Of a DNA stretch of 64,000 nt, positions 27,801 through 40,115 are shown piece after piece. The notes under the pieces are model-generated. The model worked only from the letters and a program-made list of their open reading frames with translations, did not search any database and was not told where the DNA came from. The DNA is from Cycas panzhihuaensis (Eukaryota; Plantae; Cycadophyta), in assembly GCA_023213395.1 (NCBI GenBank), contig CM041465.1:206591741-206655740 (forward strand). Reading direction: 5' to 3'. The position numbers and the translations under genes are program-made. How positions within the stretch are numbered: position 1 is the stretch's first letter; the number at the start of each line of letters is the position of its first letter.

Positions 27801-29377
27801 TGAGTTATTTACAACAATTCAATATTGTAACTAAGTATAAAAGGGATCTAATAACAAAATTCCGATATGTTATCTAGACCACGTTGTTCCACTTCTTCTT
27901 CTACTTTTGTTTGTAGTTCTCTTATGAGTTTGCGGTGTGGAACCAATGCATCATGAAGAGTACAAAGACTTGTACCATGAAGATGAAGCTTTGAAGGAAG
28001 AATTAGAGAACCTAGCGAAGGAAGACCTTCCCGGCTTGCTTGGAAGGATGGTCTACTTTTCAAAGGGGAGCGACTCTATGTTCCATCAAAAGGAGACAAG
28101 ATCAAGTGGCTTAGAGAAGCCCATACTTCTAAAGTAGTTGGTCACTTTGGTATAGAGAAGACTTTAGCAAACTTGAGAAGATATGTTGTATGGCCAAAAT
28201 GCAAAATGATGTAAAAAATATGTAAAAGGATGTGTAATGTGTAATACTTCTAAGCCTTCTTCTAGAAAATTAGGATTGTATACACCACTACCTATTCCCA
28301 CTAGGCCTTGGGAAAGTATCTCCATTGATTTTTAGGGGACTTCCCATGACTAGGAAGGACATGATTATCTTTTGTTGTTGTAGATAGGTTTAGTAAAATG
28401 ATATGTCTAATACCTTGTAAGAAGACAATCACAGTGCAGGAGGCGGTGAGTTATTCTTCGAGCATGTATGGAAGAATTTTGGCTTGCCTTCTTCCATCAT
28501 TCAGATCAGGACACTCGATTCCTTTCATCATTTTGGAAGTCACTATGGGAGATGATGGATACCAAATTGAAGAGGAGTACAGTTTCCATCCTCAAGCGGA
28601 TGGACAAACCAAGTAGTGAGCAGAACTTTGGTACATCTATTGAGGATACAATTCCAAGCATCCAAAGACTTGGGATGAATCATTGGCTTTTCTACAATTT
28701 GCTTTTAATAGAGCAATGCATGCATCACACTCTAAAGCACCTTTTGAAGTTTGTTTGGGATACTTACCTCAAAGTCCATTTGACTTAGAGTTTTCCATGC
28801 AAGCTAAGGAAGGATCCACAAAGAGAAGGAGGAGCATGACAAGGCTTTAAGATACTTGGAGAAGATCCGGAGAGTCCACAAAGAAGTACATGATCAACTT
28901 CTAAGGACTCAACAAAAGTACAAGGAAAGACATGACAAGCATAGGCAAGAGTGTACTTTCCAAGAAGGAGATTTAGTATGGTTATACTTGAGCAAGGAGA
29001 GGTTAAAAGGAGAAGGTAAGAAACTCAAACCTATAAGGTATGGACCATTCAAGATTTTGAGAAAAGTAGGTGGCAATGCTTTCCAACTTGATCTTCCACC
29101 TTATATGCAAATATATTCGAGTAAATCTTGAATACTTAAAACTCTTTGAGCCCTCAATGCTAGATGAGAACAGGACGATTCACTTTACCTTGATTGATGA
29201 TTTGTATTTGGAAAGGAGCCTCTCAAGGAAGATTGTATCTTGGAGAGAAAATCTACCAAAACAAGACATAAGACACATGAATCTTTCGTGATTGGAGTAG
29301 CAGGCAATTGCCTAGTAAGGCCAAGTGGTTCAAGAGGGAAACAAGGAGAACAACACTTCCCCCATCTCCAATTCTAA
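24865..29377 (+). pseudogene. gag-pol polyprotein, fragmented by stops and frameshifts
   Basis: gag KLDIPTYDGEVNAEKLDHW; knuckle CEHCDISGHITTKC; protease IIDLESQKNLI...HPHPYPLGW; [11 protein letters not shown]...MPFGLCNAP...YLDD; RNase H VEVDASG; integrase PWESISID...HPQADGQT...RYGPF. Confidence 0.93.
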
Positions 29378-29418
29378 GCCAAATAGGAGTTGGCTATTTT
29401 CCAAGGAAGGGGGGGGCA

Positions 29419-29506
29419 TGATCCAGGAGGATCTACCATATGTTTACAGGATGCGGAAAATGCTAGGCATTGGCATAACTAGAAGAGATATGGCCAAATG
29501 GTATCA
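29419..29506 (+). repeat. Truncated 3' LTR (88 bp)
   Basis: Matches 23769-23856 with 3 substitutions and ends at TGGTATCA. Confidence 0.93.
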
Positions 29507-29511
29507 CTCTA

Positions 29512-30817
29512 TTCAAATCTTCTCCATCTTTCTTAGGGATCATATCCAACATCTCTCTCCTAGCTTCAGTGTCTAGGCACCTTGGTTCATTAAACATATC
29601 CCTGAAGTAATTCACTGCAACATCCTTCATACCTCTCTAGTCTGATATTTCCTCACCATGCTTATTGATCAACACCTTGATATGATTATAAGTTCTATGA
29701 TTCAATGTGGTCATATGAAAAACATTTATATTTTTGTCACCTTTAGCTAACCATAGGGCCCTAGATTTTTGCCTCCAATGGATTTCTTCTTTTAATAGAA
29801 TATCCTCCAACTTGGATAGGAGATCTCTCTCACTCTGATCTAGAGAATGAGATCTTCCTTCTTCTTGTATCTTCATCTCCAAATCCTTGAGCTCCTCTAG
29901 GATCTAGTTTTGAGTTCCAAATATATCCTTGTGGGAGTTCCTATTCCAATCTTTCACTTGTCTTTTCACCTACTTCAACTTATTGGAGAATCTGAATATT
30001 GCACAACCTTCCACCAGAATCTTCCACCAGTCTGCAATCAAATCACGGAGGCCCAGATTCTTTATCCACATTAACTCAAATCCAAAGGGAGCTCCCATAT
30101 ATCTCTTGTTATTAACAAAGCTCAAAACTAATGGGGAGTAATTTGACATTGATTTAGGTATCACTTCAAGAGTAATATTGTTATACTTACTGGCCCAAGC
30201 ATAGTTTATCAAAACTCCATCTAACTAACCTGTATATGGTGCTCCCCTAATCTTCTATTAGACTAGGTATACTTAGGACCTCTGAGGGGTACGTCCATCA
30301 CTTCCCCCTTTTGCATGAACTCCCTTAGATCTACCATACTCTTAGACCAGTCCCCCTGACCCCCTTTCTTTTCTCTAAGCGACATGGTCGTATTAAAGTC
30401 TTGAGCAATCATCCAAGGATGTCTCCAGTCCTTATGAGCTTCTAATAGCCTATCTCACATGCATTTCCTCCCATCCTACATTAGAGGAGCATACACATTC
30501 GAAACCAACCATTTTAGATTAGATTTTTTATAGATCAACCAACTGGATATGAAATGCTCCCTAGACAAGCATTTCTCTCCTTCCCAACATTTGGCATTCC
30601 ACATTGTGATCAGGCCACTAGAGCCTCTGCTCCCATCCCTAGAAAACATGTGAGCTCCCCTCCAAACCTTATTAATAACTGCATCTCTATTTCTTGCCTC
30701 TAATTTAGTTTCTTAAAGAAGGAGAAGATCCAAATCATGGCTAAAATAGAAGTCTCTAACTATTCTATATTTAAGGAGAGCTTTCATGCCCTGAATATTC
30801 TAGGAGGTAAGTTTTAT
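29512..30817 (-). pseudogene. L1 ORF2 5' part (APE endonuclease and linker)
   Basis: Starts (M>I)KLTS*NIQG at 30817; also SNYSPL...PFGFELMW and EEIHWRQKSRALWL. Confidence 0.85.
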
Positions 30818-32450
30818 AATGATCTCTCCTCCCTCTCCCACTGATCTCAACATATTTTACTCCTTAAATTTGGGCCCCTGCCCTCCTCCATCCCTTAGTG
30901 TACACTACTTCCTTGATCTATTTGAATGGCTACCTCCCTTTCTTGCAGAACTTTAGAAGAAGGTCTCTTGGGCCTCTTTTTACTTTTGAAGTCTAGGCCT
31001 TTTATCTAGTTTGATTCCTTAGATTCCTCTTGAAGACCTTTCCTAACTTTCTAGACCTTCTTTATTTTCCCTTGATCCTCCTGATGGGGTGAATGCTCAT
31101 CCTTCTCCTTAGTTGGGGTTACTTTGCCTGATATAATAGGGTCTGGCTCCTTCTCATGATACAAGTCACTTTCAAGGATGGGGCTCCTAAAATCTTCCTC
31201 CCTTTCTTCAACCTCCTCTCAAAGAGGGTATCCTCCTTCTCTAGATCTAACTCTTTACCAGCTTCTACAAGGACTTGTTCATCTAACTCTTTATCAACTT
31301 GTCCAGGATGTGTTCCTCTCACTCTTTTCCAACATCTGTAGGGACATGTTCATCCTTGTTAGTTCCTATATGAGGCCTAGACTGCTTATCGCTACCCTCT
31401 TCCTTCTCCATTTCTTGAGGTACCAAGGGCCCTTTCTTAGGATTCTTAGGACAATTTTTGGGGAGGTGGCCTTGATGCTTACATGTTGAGCATCTCATAT
31501 TCTCTAATTCAAATAATAATTTTTGATCCCTATACCAGCCTTCTTCCTTAATTTTCACCTTTTCAAGGAGGGGTCTATCTAGCCTAGTTAGAGCACAAAA
31601 TTTGGCATTCACCATTTTTCTCCTATTCTTAGTGGCTGAATCGACTACTAGAAGGGGGATAATAACTTTTGCAACACCTTTGATAACATCTAGATCTTAG
31701 GCTTGTAGCAGGAAACCTAGTAGTTGGACCTAAAGAGGGAGTTTCCTCACATAACCCTTAGCCAAATCAAAATCTAGATGCCACATCTCCATCAAGATCG
31801 CTTTTCTCCCCATCATCTAGGATGATTTTAGTAAAATACTTATCATGTCTTCTTTATTTGAGAATTTGAATAACACACACCCTTTTGGGAGTGCTACAAC
31901 CTCCACTATGCCTTTTAATTTCCATCTCTACCCCACCCATTTCCTAATGTGGTCTACACCTGGTCTGGGGCCCGAGAAATATTCGACCAAGCTATTCTCC
32001 TACTGTTTCTCCATATGGTCAGATAGTCTTTTAGCAATAGGTATTGTAATTGAACCTTCCTCTCCAATAAGGTTTATTTCAAAGGATTCAAACTCTTCAT
32101 TTCTAAGTGCTTCAAAGTATGATTTTCCTTTATTAGGACTTTGGGTCTGGTTAGGTTTAGTGCATAACATCTGAATCTAGTCTTCCAGGGATGATTTCCC
32201 TTTATTGGGACTTTATGTCTGGTTAGGTTCAATGTATACCATCTAAATTTGGTCCATTTTTTGTTTATTTTCCATTAAACTTATCATTTCACTAAAAAAA
32301 ATGTTGTATATCATATCCATCAAAGCTTCTAGAATGAAAATAAGGAATCTCACTTGATAAAGAGCGTTCAACTTCTTGATTTTGCATAGGAAAATACTCT
32401 TCTCCTTCAGTGAGAAAATGGAACTCAACTGAGTATACCTTGTCTCTCTC
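30814..32450 (-). pseudogene. L1 ORF1 remnant (DUF4283-like region plus zinc knuckle)
   Basis: CSTCKHQGHLPKNCP in ORF 31319-31615; homologous to ORF1 of the 48400-54826 L1. The start is uncertain. Confidence 0.75.
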
Positions 32451-32994
32451 ACAAACTTGATTGACTCCTAAAGTGTGCAGTCGATGTGAGTCTTCCCTAC
32501 AATTAATCCCAATGCATCTCCATTAGAGCCTACTCTCACATCTACATTTCTGTCCCCACCACTTAACCAGGGCATTTTCCTCCCATCTCTGGGCCCATCC
32601 TGATGGCCGACCATCCTCCCAGTTGGAGCTTTACCCCTACACATAATAATCACCACCACTGTTTCAATCCACGCCCTATCTGGGCTATCTTCATATTCAC
32701 CACCTCTGTCAGCCTTAACTCTAGATATGCCTTGGTAGCATCTCTTGGATATTCATGGCTCTCCAATATGTCTAAGAGAACCTTTCACCTATAACAAAAG
32801 CCTCTAGAGTCTGCATCTGACTGTCTGGGGGGTGATGACACCTACCCTCACTCACCTAAAGCCCTTACGCCCATCTCGATTCGATCTAGACTCACCCTCC
32901 CCTCCAAGTTCACTTTAGGTTATGCTTGCAGCCATCGTTTGAAACCCTAACTAGTAGAATTAAGCTTAGTTTTTCCCATTTAGGATGTTATATA

Positions 32995-33215
32995 AAGCCT
33001 TAGGTGGAATTTATAATATAGGTCAACCATATCAAGGAAGATGTATTAATTAAGTTTAAAAAAACTGTAGTCAGTCATTTTTCCTATTTGTGTTTTTTCC
33101 CAAAAGGATATTTCTATATTAAACCTTTGTACTTTATACCTATTCTCTTTTATGTTCACTTGCATATGTATGATCAAGATCTTTGCTATTCAAAAATATA
33201 TGATCTTATGTTTTT
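32995..33215 (+). repeat. 3' LTR, right part
   Basis: Continues the alignment to 18758-18978 (CCTTAGGTGG...ATATATGAT). Confidence 0.85.
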
Positions 33216-34383
33216 GACCCATAAATTTGGCTCATGGCTTCATGCAAATCGTGGGCCTAAAAACTATATTTCCTTCACCAACAGTTTCTTATAAACACTC
33301 TCCATTTTATAAAATAGGGGGGGAAACTATTTACATACTAAAATATTATTAAAACTCTTCCACAATGACTCAAACCACTTATGTTGATTGAAGTTGCAAT
33401 TTGAGCTTAGAATTGGAACCATCTAATTGTTGGAGAATCTATCTCACTTGGAATTTAGAACCATGAGTCGTCTCATATACTTTGGGATTGGGAACAACCT
33501 ACATTATTTGCTTTCCACTTTTTATTCTTAATTTCTCTTTATTTCTAATTTTCTTTATTTAGTTTACATTTCTATCTTTTGGTTTCCTCCTTGTTTGGCC
33601 TCATTTTATTTTGTTTCTTTATGCATGGAAGTGTTTAAATAGCTCAAGGAGACTCAATAACATTATTAAGCTCAAATGTGGTGGCAATCTTACCATTTCT
33701 AAGGTTGGGCTTACTTTCAAATAAATTTGTAAATTTTTATTTCATATCATTTCAAGTTTTTAAATATATTTATATATTAATTTGTAACTAATTTGTAAGT
33801 GGAGAAGATACACATCGAACTTCTTTTCTTACAAGTGGCAAATTAGATAGTGTCTCAAAGCTTCTTTCCCCTCTCTCATATCTTTCCACAATTTGATAGG
33901 TACCTATAAGGCAATGAAAGTGTTACCATTTATTTTTTGTGAATCTTTCAAAGGTATAATTTTAAATTTATATTTTGAATTAAGTTTTTGGTGTTTTACA
34001 ATTACTAGTAAACCTTTTTCCATCATTACTTGATCTAGTAAGTAGGAATGCTGTTGATTTTTTCCTAAAAAAATTTAATATATTACATATGTTTTTATCC
34101 ATCATTGTCTTGTTTATTAGAAAAAAATGAGCATGTCTAGGGTTGAAAGTGAAGAGAGTTATCTACGAAATTTATAAGCACATTTCTAGGTATTCTTCAC
34201 CTCCTCTATCACTTAGTCTCATTCAAAAAATGAATAAAAAGTGAAGAAAGAAGGGATCTTTATTTTTTTATTTTATTCTAAAGAAAAAAAAGAGAGGAGG
34301 GGTGGAGGAGGGATCACTTGTTTGTTTGTTGCATACCTACGTGTCCTCTCTTTTCCTTACATGTAGGTTAATTTTTAAAAAAA

Positions 34384-34386
<3 letters not shown>

Positions 34387-34466
<80 letters not shown>
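34387..34466. repeat. (AG)n microsatellite
   Basis: Perfect run. Confidence 0.99.
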
Positions 34467-34468
<2 letters not shown>

Positions 34469-36444
34469 GTATTTTATATTTGCATTACACTTTATATGTG
34501 CTTATTAATAGGCCAAGTGGAGTGGAGGGTTTGCACTTATTGTGAGTCCTTAAATGTATGGGGTTATAAGATTGGCATTTTGACTAAGTTTTTTGAATTA
34601 TTCTTATTAAATCTTAATCATATATAGTTGTATTTAGTTGTATGTTGTTTGCTCTTAGTCTTATTTTAAGATAAGGCATCCCTCATCAAAAGGAGAGGTC
34701 ATTGCTTCTCTACCTAGATTTCATCACCAAATAAGAGGGGTGGCCTTACATCTTAGGTGAGTCGAGTCTGTTATGTCCTATTTTGAGTGAAGAACCCTCA
34801 TTGAGAGTAGATTTTTCTCATCTCATTTTACTTAATAGCAATTTAAGAGGCTTGGTTGGAGTTAAATATGAGTGTATATAGATCTTCTATCATTATAAAG
34901 GTTGTGGATTATTATTGGAATGACGAGACCCTAGTGACTAATCCCTAATAAGGTCTTTAATTTAGGGTCTTACTCCTCCTTGTCTCTCCCCTAAGTAGTC
35001 CTTCTTATTCTGAATTAAGTCATAAGATAGGTCATATTAGAGAGTGGATTTAGATAGGTCAGTTACTTTGGGGATTAATCTTTTTAGGTTAGGTATGCAA
35101 ATTCATCTTTAGTTGGGGCACATGTGCCTTAACAACCCTCTTAGATTATAGGATTCTTTTATTAGGTGTTATTTGGTTATTCTAAAGACATTCACTCTAA
35201 GTTTAGATTATTTTCCATTTCTTTTCTTACAATTGGATTAGATGGATTTTACTTTCTATCATATATTGTTGCTTATGTATTTGTCTATTTATATGTTACA
35301 TTAATGAGTTGTTAACTTAGTTAGTTAATTAGTTTAACAGTTTCCTCATCTCATCCCTCTACTTCTCATAACACATGCACACATATATTTGCCCCTAGTC
35401 TAGATCATCTTTCCATCCCCACATTCATATTCATGAGACACATGAGTGCCTAGTGCGAGAATTGAACTTTTTCCCCTTCTATTTGGTCCCTCTACCCTAG
35501 ATCACTCGCTAGGTTATGTGAGTGGCTCCCATTCTTGCTCGATAGCATTCAAGAAGCTAAAGTATCATCATAGCATATCATTTTATTCATCTTTTTAAAT
35601 GATCATTATATAATTCCTAAATATAACTTTCATGTGGATGAAGAAATATAATTAGAATCAATATATTATATATTTAGGAAGAGAATATTCAATCTTATTA
35701 GTATATTCTTTATTGTAGTAGAGATATAAATTATCTACATGTATAGTGAACTATTATATTTGCACAAACTATAATACAACATGGAAAGGTGATTAATTAC
35801 AAGTCATTTGAAACAAATTTATAATCAACAAAGAGTTAGCCAAGTTATAAGTAATAGATAAATAAGAGTTTCTTCTTGGAGTAGACATTAAAGGACATAA
35901 GAAACCCTATGGGAGTCAAATTAGAATTCCCTTTTAAAATGACAAGTAATGAGGCAAAAGAGGAACATGTGCTCAATAATATCATTTTAGCCATAAATAA
36001 AACTAACATCCATAATATTACCATATTATAGAAAACCTTAGACTTCTAGTTACAAACTATCACTACCTCTATCAATGCCATGCTTGATAAATTAGCTAGT
36101 ACATTGGCCCCTCTAATTAACAATCATAACGATATAGGCATAAATAATGAGACTATGGATTCTAATGCTAAAACATGTGATAGAAACCAACATAAGATAA
36201 TTGATCATGGTATGTAGGCTAATCAGTATTAAGAAGGGCATCCTAGCGAAGCACTCCAAAAATATCTAGAAGACTATACAAATCTAACATTAGAGGAGCA
36301 AAAAGTCAAAGGATTCTATACATATTTCAACCACCTATAATCTATACATTCGTAACAGAAGAAGTTTTTTGAAAAAGTAATGATCAATGCCTTAATTTAG
36401 AATAGAAATCACATGAATCAAGTGTCTCGATCTAGCAAATAAAA

Positions 36445-39400
36445 TGTTGGATATAATATCCAATTATGTGATTGAGTTTGATTTACTCTCTCTCACATAT
36501 TATTATATTTTATATTCATGGTTACTTTGAGTTGTGTGTCATATAGAAATATGTGATAACACATAATGGTTAGACTTTGAAGGTTCTTATACATGGCTGG
36601 TTATTGTATAAATATGTGCATCATTTCTTATAATTTAAAGTTTGGTCATTCTTCCACCATTATTTGTATTTATTTGTGCATATTTTATCATTATTGTACT
36701 TATTACTCCTTTTTTCACTCACCATTCTTTATTTATTGTCATATCTTTATACTTTATTTCTAATATAATGGTATCAGAGCTTTACATTACAACTCTAACA
36801 TGGTATCAAAGCCCAAGGTTCAATCCTTGATGATAGGTTTCTTGAGCTTATTCATTTAAATTTTTTTAAGAGTCATTTCTAATATCTATAAGAACTTATT
36901 TTAGTGCCTAATTAGTGAGCTAGTTAATACTTTTTTGAAGAGTTATTTCAGGTTATTTTGAGGGTTGTTTTATTACAAGTTCATTAAACTTTTTGGAATT
37001 GTATTATGATATTTTTTGAAGTTGTTTAAAGCTATAAAATAAAGTTGGTACATTACAAAATTTTATCTTAGATTAAGGCCATCTTTGAAGTTGCTTATAA
37101 GTGTATTTTTGAAATTGAAGTTATAATTAATTTGTTGCATGCGGGCTTGTAAAAAATTGCATGTAATTTTTGATACTAAAGTATATACTTATGAAAAAAT
37201 ACTATTATTTTTTAGCACATTTTAGTTATTATGTAATAATCTCCTTACACATCAGTGGGCAGATTGTAAAGAAGTTATTGATGTTAGTTGAAGGGGTTTT
37301 TCTTGGATATTTAAAAATTAGAAATGACTCCATATTTATAAGGAAATATTTGTAGTTGAATAACCATTTTTTTAAGGATTCAAAAATGAAGAAAATATGG
37401 AAATCTCTATATTTTTTTCTCATTACAGGGCTTGCAATAAATATATTATTTCTACCCTTCACATCTAATATGAGGCCTCTATAATATATTGTTTAAATAG
37501 TGTTACTGGGTTTGTTGCACCTATTTGTGCATAGATAAGTGAGTGGTTTCTCAATAAAATATGTATATAAATAAACATCCTCTTTATTTATTTCTATGAA
37601 ATTTATCAAACTACTCAATGGGATCCAAATAAACTATAAGTTTAAGCTTAACCATCTCTATGAAAGTTAAATAAACAAAAATAATAAAAAAGTGCAATAC
37701 CTAGAGGGTTTGAAAAGGAAAAAAAAGAAAAGGAAAGAAGGATTATTTTAAATATAGGGTATCTAAAGTCCACTCATAAATTTTATGGTAGGTGAAGACA
37801 TTGGAATTGAATAACATGAGGCCATTCATCCCATAGAGAGTTGATAGCATGATGAACTGAAGGTCACCTTAGAAAAGGAATCCTACAAAGGGAAAACAAA
37901 AGAAGAAGAGGTCACAACAACATAATATGGCATACATCCTACATAGATGAAAATACATAGATCCTTGTAGCACACACATAGAGCAAAGACATGATAAAGA
38001 TGGTAGATAACACCATCACCAAGATAAAACTCAAAGATGCCCAAGCTAAATCGAAGCCCTAAGTAGGAAAAAATAATAAAGGATTAAGAGAATATAAGAT
38101 GTAGAGGTAGCTCGAGTGGGTGTGTGATGATCTTGCATAGTCACAAAATAAATATAAGCAAGAACCAACTTATAACCTACTATGGTAGATAGAGATAGAG
38201 GAAAAGCCTACATATACCACAAATGAGCATGAAGACATCATTGCTAACTAGAGAATGGAGGGTTTATACACCTATATATGCAAGATCTTAGACATAAGGA
38301 AAGCTCATGCAAAGCTTGATGAAATCATTGATAAATAGTAGACACATGGTTATAGGTATCATTATAGTCAAGATGTTACTAAAAAATATAGATCCATGGG
38401 TATCATTGTGGAAAAGAGAGTCGAACAACCACCTTGAAGAGCTACAAATGAAAAGGAGAAATAGAACAAAAAAAAAAACCTAATTTAATAATATTTTTTA
38501 TATACTTTTATTTTGATAGACTAACTTAATGTTTTAACATCATTTTAAAAATTAGAGTAGATGCCAAATCTTATGAAATTTGGTTGATTTTTCTTACAAA
38601 TATAAAATTGAGTTAAACTAATTTAAGTTTATTTGAAGTTCATATAACCCCCTTATGTTTAATCCCTAATTATATGTGCAATTGATGTGACTTCATTCTT
38701 TAATACAAAAGCGGTAAAGTCCTTATTTTCAACCCTTCAAGGAGTTACATTTGTATTTTCAATTGTATCTTAAGCATACAAACTCTGATTTCAAATCTAT
38801 TAGTTGTGTTTGATTCACAACTCATAGCTCTTTAATTTGGTAAGTTATATGATAGAATTTAGAGTTGTTTTGAAGGAAAAAATGTAGTAAAAAGTATATT
38901 TTAAAAAAAATTCAAATTTCTATAATGTTTTTATCATTTATAGGCATAATTATATATTTCTAAATGTTCTAATTCATTTAATATAATTTTTATTGATGTA
39001 ATATACCCCAAATGGGGGATAAAATATATAAATTATTATCTAGTCTCATTTTTAGGCTCTTGAGAACCTATTTTACATTCAATTTATTATTAGAGAGAGT
39101 CATTATTTATTGTATTTGAGTTGCATCTATTTTTCACTTATGTTTATGACATTATTATTAGATATTGAGAAGAAATAGTGGCAATTTGTAGCTCATTTTA
39201 GGCATTTATATACTTATTAAGAAATGTTTAAGGCCATAGAGCCCTTGTAAGGCTATAGAGCTATTTATCATGTATTTTTAGCCATTATAACCAATAATAG
39301 CTATATTATTATCCTATATTGGTAAGAGGTAGGACCCTCTTTTAACCACTCTTACATTGTTCTTCAGTTTAACTATTCAACCACATAGGATGGTATGTTC

Positions 39401-39934
39401 CTAGGGTGTAACTACCTTGGGGTTTATTGTACCATATACACAAAGGAGCATCCTAGCTACTTGACAATTATAATGGTCGATTACCCATGTGGTCTGGTAG
39501 ATGAAGCTTATTTCATATGGACATCAATAGTAATTTATATTATTGTAGCAACATACATTCTAGTAGATTTAAAGTCTAATTTATATTATTTGATGTAATT
39601 ATCTATTATAGAGGAGAATGTTGAATGTAATATCTAATTACATAATTAACCCTCATTTACACTCACTCACATATTATTGCATTTTATATTCATGGTCATC
39701 TTAAATTGTGTTCCATATAAAAATTTGTGATAACACATAATAATTAACCTTTAAGGGTTTTCACATATGGTGGTTATTGTATAATTGTTCACATCATTAT
39801 TCTTATAATTTAAGTATGTACATCATCATTCTTTATGTTAATTTGTACACACTTTATCATTCTTGTGCTTATTATTCCATTCTTTACTCACCACTCTTTG
39901 TTTATTGTCATTGCTTCACATCTTATTTCCAACA
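36445..39934 (+). mobile_element. Non-autonomous LTR element (LARD/TRIM-like, copia-style termini)
   Basis: LTRs 36445-36765 and 39619-39934 (TGTTG...AACA), PBS 36769-36780, PPT AGAGGAGAA 39610-39618, decayed TSD TAAAA/TGGAA. No recognisable coding domain inside. Confidence 0.85.
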
Positions 39935-40115
39935 TGGAAGAGTATTTTTAACTCATAGAAATCGATAATAATCAACAAGTTTAAATATCCACATTACATC
40001 TAGATAATATAGTATATGAATGGTGTCTAAATCTAGAATGAACTAGCTATAAATTGTAACCTCCATGATGGGACTTATTTATCGTATTATTTCCATAAGG
40101 ATTTGAGACTAACAC

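Larger units (their letters stand above)
23769..29506 (+). mobile_element. Relatively young CRM-like Ty3/gypsy (chromovirus) LTR retrotransposon
   Basis: 5' LTR TGATCC...GGATCA at 23769-24821, PBS 24827-24839, gag-PR-RT-RH-INT, PPT 29403-29416, short 3' LTR 29419-29506, TSD CTCTG/CTCTA. Confidence 0.95.
20829..32978 (-). mobile_element. Full-length decayed L1 LINE with ORF1 and ORF2 (EN-RT-zf-RNase H), interrupted by a gypsy element
   Basis: 16-bp TSD TTTAAGATGTTATATA (20813-20828) / TTTAGGATGTTATATA (32979-32994). Motifs include the ORF1 knuckle CSTCKHQGHLPKNC, EEIHWRQKSR and LIPKK...PISL, and RNase H VKINFDSIAKGN near 21480-21515. Confidence 0.92.
18630..33215 (+). mobile_element. Internally deleted, probably copia-derived LTR element (internal region about 1.7 kb); 3' LTR split by an L1
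   Basis: 5' LTR 18630-18992, PBS TGGTATCAAAG 18993-19003, PPT AAAGGGGGA 20691-20699. The 3' LTR is 20700-20828 plus 32995-33215, both parts colinear with the 5' LTR. Confidence 0.85.

Noticed and set aside
34302-34508. ERERER ORF
   Set aside because: Translation of the (AG)n microsatellite.
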